Positions 59,479-64,000 of a DNA stretch of 64,000 bases are shown here, piece by piece (the first letter of the stretch is position 1; each line of letters begins with the position of its first letter). Position numbers and translations under genes: made by a program. The notes below the pieces were generated by a model. It was not told the DNA's origin. It ran no database searches and saw only the letters and a list, made by a program, of their open reading frames with translations. Source of the stretch: an uncultured Clostridia bacterium (GTDB lineage: Bacteria > Bacillota > Dehalobacteriia > UBA4068 > CALXSR01); contig CALXSR010000015.1 in NCBI GenBank assembly GCA_944391215.1, forward strand, positions 16,776 to 80,775. The letters run 5' to 3'.

Positions 59479-60362
59479 TATCTCATTCTCCTTTTTAAAG
59501 CAGAAAACCCTAAATTAATCAGTAAAATAAAGGTAAAAAGAACCACCCCGGTAGCAATCAATACTTCGCGGTGCAAGTCAGCCGCATACCCCATTTCCAT
59601 TACAATGTTAGAAGTCAAAGTACGGATACCATCTAAAATACTATTGGGTAAACGGGTTTGGTTTCCCGCCACCATAATAACAGCCATCGTTTCGCCAATT
59701 GCCCTACCAACCCCCAAAACAATAGCAGCCATAATACCAGATTTTGCCGCCGGAACCACAGCTTTAAAAACTGCCCGCTCGCGTGTAGCTCCTAAAGCCA
59801 AGGCCCCTTCATAATAGCTTTCCGGCACAGCGCGGATCGCAGCTTCACTAATGCCCACAATGGTCGGAAGAATCATAATCCCTAACAAAATAGAAGCTGA
59901 AAGGATACTGGTACCATGCCCTCCCACATAATCGCGAATAAAAGGAACAATAACCACCAAACCAAAAAAACCATATACAACGGATGGGATACCTGCTAAT
60001 AATTCCACAGCCGGTTTTACTATTTTATATAATCGTTTCGGGCAAAAACGGCTTAAGTAAATGGCCGTAAAAATACCAATTGGCAACCCAATCAATACGG
60101 CTCCTATCGTAATATAAATGCTGCCCATAATCATGGGTAAAATACCAAAAGAGGGCGGGATATCGGTTGGCGCCCATTTGGTTCCAAATAAAAATTCTTT
60201 CAACCCTACTTCTAACATAGCCGGAACGCCATTACCGAAAAGAAAAACACAAATTAGAGCGACAGCCAAAACAGAGGTAAAGGCGCACAAGAAAAAGAAG
60301 CCTTTCATATATTTTTCTTTTCCTCTGGTTTTATTTTTTTTACTCATCTTTCTCACTCTCAT
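59478..60362 (-). CDS. pstC: Phosphate ABC transporter permease
   Basis: ELLAGIPSVVYG, GRAIGETMAV.MV.GN. Confidence 0.94.
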   Translation of the reverse strand: MRVRKMSKKNKTRGKEKYMKGFFFLCAFTSVLAVALICVFLFGNGVPAMLEVGLKEFLFGTKWAPTDIPPSFGILPMIMGSIYITIGAVLIGLPIGIFTAIYLSRFCPKRLYKIVKPAVELLAGIPSVVYGFFGLVVIVPFIRDYVGGHGTSILSASILLGIMILPTIVGISEAAIRAVPESYYEGALALGATRERAVFKAVVPAAKSGIMAAIVLGVGRAIGETMAVIMVAGNQTRLPNSILDGIRTLTSNIVMEMGYAADLHREVLIATGVVLFTFILLINLGFSALKRRMR

Positions 60363-60490
60363 TTTCTCTTCGTGTAATGGCGTTTCACAGCATGTTTTGT
60401 TATCATTGAAAAGATTGTGTTATTATTTTGCTATTACGGCATCCCATTGCTTAGCATATTTAGTCCTTATCATACCAACTTTAAAACCAT

Positions 60491-61399
60491 TTATTTTGCT
60501 TCAACAATATCCCAAGTGGTAGTAGCTCCGGTATAGATATCTTTAATTTGCGCACTCGTCAAATTGGTAACCGGGTTTTCCGGGTTTACAACAACGGCAA
60601 TCCCATCAACCGCAATCGTTGTAGAAGTTAATTGTTCTTTTTCACTATCTTTCAATTCCCGAGAAGCCATACCGATATCACAAACGCCGTCTATGGCACT
60701 AGTCATACCAGTAGTAGAATCGCTTTGCTGAATTTCAATCGTGGCATTGGGATTGAGCGCCATATAAGCTTCTTGTAATTTTTCCATAACCGGGGTTACG
60801 GAAGAAGAACCAGCTACCACAATTTTGCCTTGCGGTTTTTCGGTACTAAAGGCAGGCGCATCATCTAATACAGGAATATAACTACCAGCTACCACTTCTT
60901 GGCCTTCTTTGCTCATAATATAATTAATAAAATCTTGCGCAACAACGCTTACTTCCCCTTTGGTAGCAATGTTAAAAGGACGAGCCACCGCATAAATACC
61001 ATCTTTTACATTTGCACTTGTGGCTTCCACACCATCCACACTAACTGCTTTTACAGTTTCGTTTAAAGAACCCAAGGAAATATAACCAATTGCATAGGTA
61101 TCGCCCGCCACAGTAGTCATTACCACATCCGTAGAACTAACCGTAGTCGCTTCCGGCGTAGTATGGTCTACTTTGTTCCCATTGGCGTCTTTTTCTTCAA
61201 TACCCATCAATTCAATAAAAGCACCTCTGGTACCGGAACCATCTTCTCTGGATACAACATTGATGGTTTTAGTGGTATCAAAAGCATTCCCTTGTTGTTG
61301 CGGATCTTTTTGATCATCTTTATTCCCGCAGCCAACCAAAGCAGTAAGCGTCATCACGCCCACTAATAATAAACTGGCAATTTTCATTTTTTTATTCAT
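60491..61399 (-). CDS. pstS: Phosphate-binding lipoprotein
   Basis: Lipobox LVGC; SREDGSGTR, AGSSSV, DIGMASR; first gene of the pst operon. Confidence 0.9.
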   Translation of the reverse strand: MNKKMKIASLLLVGVMTLTALVGCGNKDDQKDPQQQGNAFDTTKTINVVSREDGSGTRGAFIELMGIEEKDANGNKVDHTTPEATTVSSTDVVMTTVAGDTYAIGYISLGSLNETVKAVSVDGVEATSANVKDGIYAVARPFNIATKGEVSVVAQDFINYIMSKEGQEVVAGSYIPVLDDAPAFSTEKPQGKIVVAGSSSVTPVMEKLQEAYMALNPNATIEIQQSDSTTGMTSAIDGVCDIGMASRELKDSEKEQLTSTTIAVDGIAVVVNPENPVTNLTSAQIKDIYTGATTTWDIVEAK

Positions 61400-61446
61400 C
61401 ACTTTTTCCACCTTTCTTTCTATACAAGTTCAGTATATGGGCACAT

Positions 61447-61499
61447 TGTAAAGAAAAAACAAAACCTATTGTAAAGATTTGGTAAAATAATACTGTAAA
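61447..61499 (-). promoter_or_regulatory. Putative PhoP boxes
   Basis: TTTAC(A/C) repeats on minus strand at 61447, 61470, 61481, 61494 upstream of pstS. Confidence 0.5.
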
Positions 61500-61577
61500 T
61501 TTTCTTCCTTTCTTCTCAAAAGGCAGCTATAATAAAAGAAGCAATATTCCTGTTTGAGAGGAAGTATTTTATTTAGT

Positions 61578-62174
61578 ATGCATTTTTTACAAGAAATTAT
61601 GGCCTACCAACCGCAAACAGAACAAGAAATTGTTGATCAGCAAGTTTTTTTACAATGCTTAACCCAAGACCAAATGGATTTTTATCAGCGCAGTAATCAA
61701 ATTGCTCATTTTACCAGCTCGGCTTTTATATTAAATTCCCAGCTTGATAAAACGCTTATGGTGTTTCACCGACTCTATCAAACCTGGACCATGTGCGGCG
61801 GCCATGCAGAAGGAGAACAAGATTTATATGCGGCTGCCATAAAGGAAGCCCAAGAAGAATGCGGGATAAAAAACTTGCGCCCAATTAGAAAGGAAATTGC
61901 CGCAATCGATATTCTACCGGTAAAAAAACAAAATAAAAATGGCATTATCGTACCTGCACATCGGCATTTTTCCATCACTTATCTATTTTTTGCTGATGAA
62001 GAACAGGAGATTCATCCGAATGAAATGGAAAACACAGCGGCGGATTGGCTTTTGGTAAAAGATTTGGATTTCTTTTGTAAAGAACCCTATATGCGTGCTT
62101 TATATGCCAAATTACTGCAAAAAGCCAAGAATTGGGTTTTTGACTCCCCCCAAAAAGAAAAACGCACAAAATAG
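61578..62174 (+). CDS. NUDIX hydrolase
   Basis: HFTSSAF, GGHAEG...AAIKEAQEECG. Confidence 0.85.
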   Translation: MHFLQEIMAYQPQTEQEIVDQQVFLQCLTQDQMDFYQRSNQIAHFTSSAFILNSQLDKTLMVFHRLYQTWTMCGGHAEGEQDLYAAAIKEAQEECGIKNLRPIRKEIAAIDILPVKKQNKNGIIVPAHRHFSITYLFFADEEQEIHPNEMENTAADWLLVKDLDFFCKEPYMRALYAKLLQKAKNWVFDSPQKEKRTK

Positions 62175-62319
62175 TGCGTTTCTCCTTGTTAGGGTAAGTA
62201 TTGATAGCGGAAATATCTATCTTATGGCAGAGTGTTTAACTAATAAAATTGCAGTTTGCGATAGCCTTCTTCATGGTAAGAGGAAATTTTCTCTTTATAT
62301 ATTAGCAACCGCTAACTAC
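62156..62319 (-). ncRNA. Candidate small RNA or micro-ORF transcript
   Basis: TTGACG-17 bp-(TGG)TAAACT promoter at 62354-62326 and hairpin with U-tract at 62184-62156; no long ORF. Confidence 0.4.
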
Positions 62320-62455
62320 ATTTAAAGTTTACCATAGCTAACCAAATACGTCAAGCAAAATCAGACATTGATTTTAAAATTTTTTGGCAACCAATTCTAT
62401 TTTATTTCGTCTATTTGGTATGGTGCCCTAAAATAGGAAAAAGGAGGGTTCAAAT

Positions 62456-63295
62456 ATGAAGAAAATATTAGCCTTGGTGCTTTTCAGCGCCCTATTATTG
62501 GCCGGCTGTGGTACCCCGACAAAAGATACTAACCCGCAACCGCAAAATCCTGCTCAAGGACAAGAACAACCAGGCGGTGAGCAGGAAAAAACACCCTTAG
62601 CGGAATTAACCGACTATATGACTGAGAATGTTTTTGGCCCAGATGTAAAAGACGAAAAAATTGCTTTAGAAAAAGAAGTCAATCAATTTTTCTTTCGCTA
62701 TGCCAAACAATATGATTATCGTTTTTTGCCCACTATAGCAGATGGGACCTTTGCTGATTTTAACACTGCTTTACTTTATGCCTATCATCAAAGACAAGAT
62801 TCTGTCGATCCTACCATGTCGGTAGGATTTGTAGACAGCATTTTGCAAAGGGACTTCCCTGATATTGCTTATGAAAATGCTACAACAGAAAGTTTTACTT
62901 TAAAAGACGGCGTCTATACGCCGGAAGCATTTAGCTTTGATGGCAGTACCAGCTTTGCCATAACAGAACTGGTTCGAGAAACAAAAGATAATACTTCCCT
63001 TTATACCGCTCACCTGCTCGGTTATCCCTTCGACGAACTGGATTATACCGAAGGCGATAAAATTGAAAATTATTCCCAAAATGCTCAATATGTCTATACT
63101 CGCATGCAAGAAGATACCTATAAAGATTTGAATTTTAGCCAAGCCTTGGAAAAAGTATTTGCCGATGGCGACGCCATTTCTCTTCCCAAAAGCAATATGG
63201 ATATAACTGTGCAGTTTACTGTTTCTTTAGAGGAAGCAACCCAAGAATATGTTTTACATTATCAACAAATCAGTATTACCCGTACCTATGAGTGA
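62456..63295 (+). CDS. Hypothetical lipoprotein
   Basis: Lipobox LAGC, Q/P-rich linker, AGGAGG RBS. Confidence 0.8.
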   Translation: MKKILALVLFSALLLAGCGTPTKDTNPQPQNPAQGQEQPGGEQEKTPLAELTDYMTENVFGPDVKDEKIALEKEVNQFFFRYAKQYDYRFLPTIADGTFADFNTALLYAYHQRQDSVDPTMSVGFVDSILQRDFPDIAYENATTESFTLKDGVYTPEAFSFDGSTSFAITELVRETKDNTSLYTAHLLGYPFDELDYTEGDKIENYSQNAQYVYTRMQEDTYKDLNFSQALEKVFADGDAISLPKSNMDITVQFTVSLEEATQEYVLHYQQISITRTYE

Positions 63296-63304
63296 TTCCT
63301 TTTT

Positions 63305-63332
63305 AGAGCCGCCTTTTGGCGGCTCTTTTTTT
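63305..63332 (+). terminator. Intrinsic terminator
   Basis: AGAGCCGCC-TTTT-GGCGGCTCT plus T-tract. Confidence 0.85.
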
Positions 63333-63404
63333 ATGGGAAAAGGATTTTGCCCAACCAAACAGAAATAATAAACGCATATCAGTGCAAAGGGGTTTTTTAT
63401 CTTG

Positions 63405-64000
63405 TTGGTACTCTCAGCCGAAAAAATCAAACAATCGTTACCGGATAAAATATTATTAGACGATATTTCCCTTTTTTTAAATGAAAGGGATAAAGTGGGC
63501 TTAATTGGCATCAATGGCACCGGGAAATCCACCTTTATGAAAATACTATCTGGTAGTTTACAGCCAGACAGCGGTAATATTACCTATGCCAATCCTATCC
63601 GTATTGGCTATTTGCCACAAAATCCGGACTTTTCCGGGGAACGGAGCATTCTAGAACAAGTTTTTTATGGCGCAGATGCCAGTATCAAAGAGCAAAAAGA
63701 TTATGAGGCCAAAAGTATTTTAGGGAAATTGGGTATTTATGATACGGAACAATCCATACAAAATCTATCCGGCGGGCAAAAAAAGAGAATTGCTCTAGCC
63801 AGCGTTTTTATTCAACCATGCGATTTGCTCCTTTTAGACGAACCAACCAACCATTTAGATAGCGATATGATCCTATGGTTAGAAAGCACATTACAACGTT
63901 TTACCGGCGCTATTTTCATGGTGACGCATGATCGTTATTTTTTAGATCGAATTGTAAACCGTATTGTGGAGTTAGAAGAGGGACATCTTTTCTCTTATCC
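63405..64000 (+). CDS. ABC-F family ATP-binding protein (3' end runs off the window)
   Basis: Not in ORF track. From TTG: KVGLIGINGTGKST, IGYLPQ, LSGGQKKR, LLDEPTNHLD, VTHDRYFLD. Confidence 0.9.
   Translation, partial: MVLSAEKIKQSLPDKILLDDISLFLNERDKVGLIGINGTGKSTFMKILSGSLQPDSGNITYANPIRIGYLPQNPDFSGERSILEQVFYGADASIKEQKDYEAKSILGKLGIYDTEQSIQNLSGGQKKRIALASVFIQPCDLLLLDEPTNHLDSDMILWLESTLQRFTGAIFMVTHDRYFLDRIVNRIVELEEGHLFSY

Overview
Chromosomal window from a low-GC, probably spore-forming anaerobic Firmicute (Clostridia/Peptococcaceae-like; taxonomy inferred from gene order and protein families). Most genes lie on the minus strand. Housekeeping blocks: groES-groEL with a perfect CIRCE, cysK/cysE/trxA, tsaE-tsaB-rimI-tsaD, acpS-nnr-alr-ndoA, nfnAB and pstSCAB-phoU-phoPR. 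Regulatory modules: PadR-DUF1700, BlaI-BlaR1, VanRS-like and two back-to-back YtrA-ABC operons. The main result is an 11.3 kb complex I-like operon (nuoA-B-C-D-H-I-J-K-L-M-N-M). It lacks NuoEFG, carries a second intact NuoM after nuoN, and has a 26-residue repeat in the NuoL amphipathic helix, so it is a candidate '2M' complex with a fourth antiporter-like subunit. Other notable items: an intact MazF/NdoA with no antitoxin and a forespore-type promoter motif, an unannotated ~160-nt promoter-to-terminator unit near 62.2 kb, a triple BlaI operator, a DnaA-box cluster and a decayed DUF6179 gene. No rRNA, tRNA, CRISPR array or mobile element was recognised. All calls come from reading the sequence; no database searches were run.
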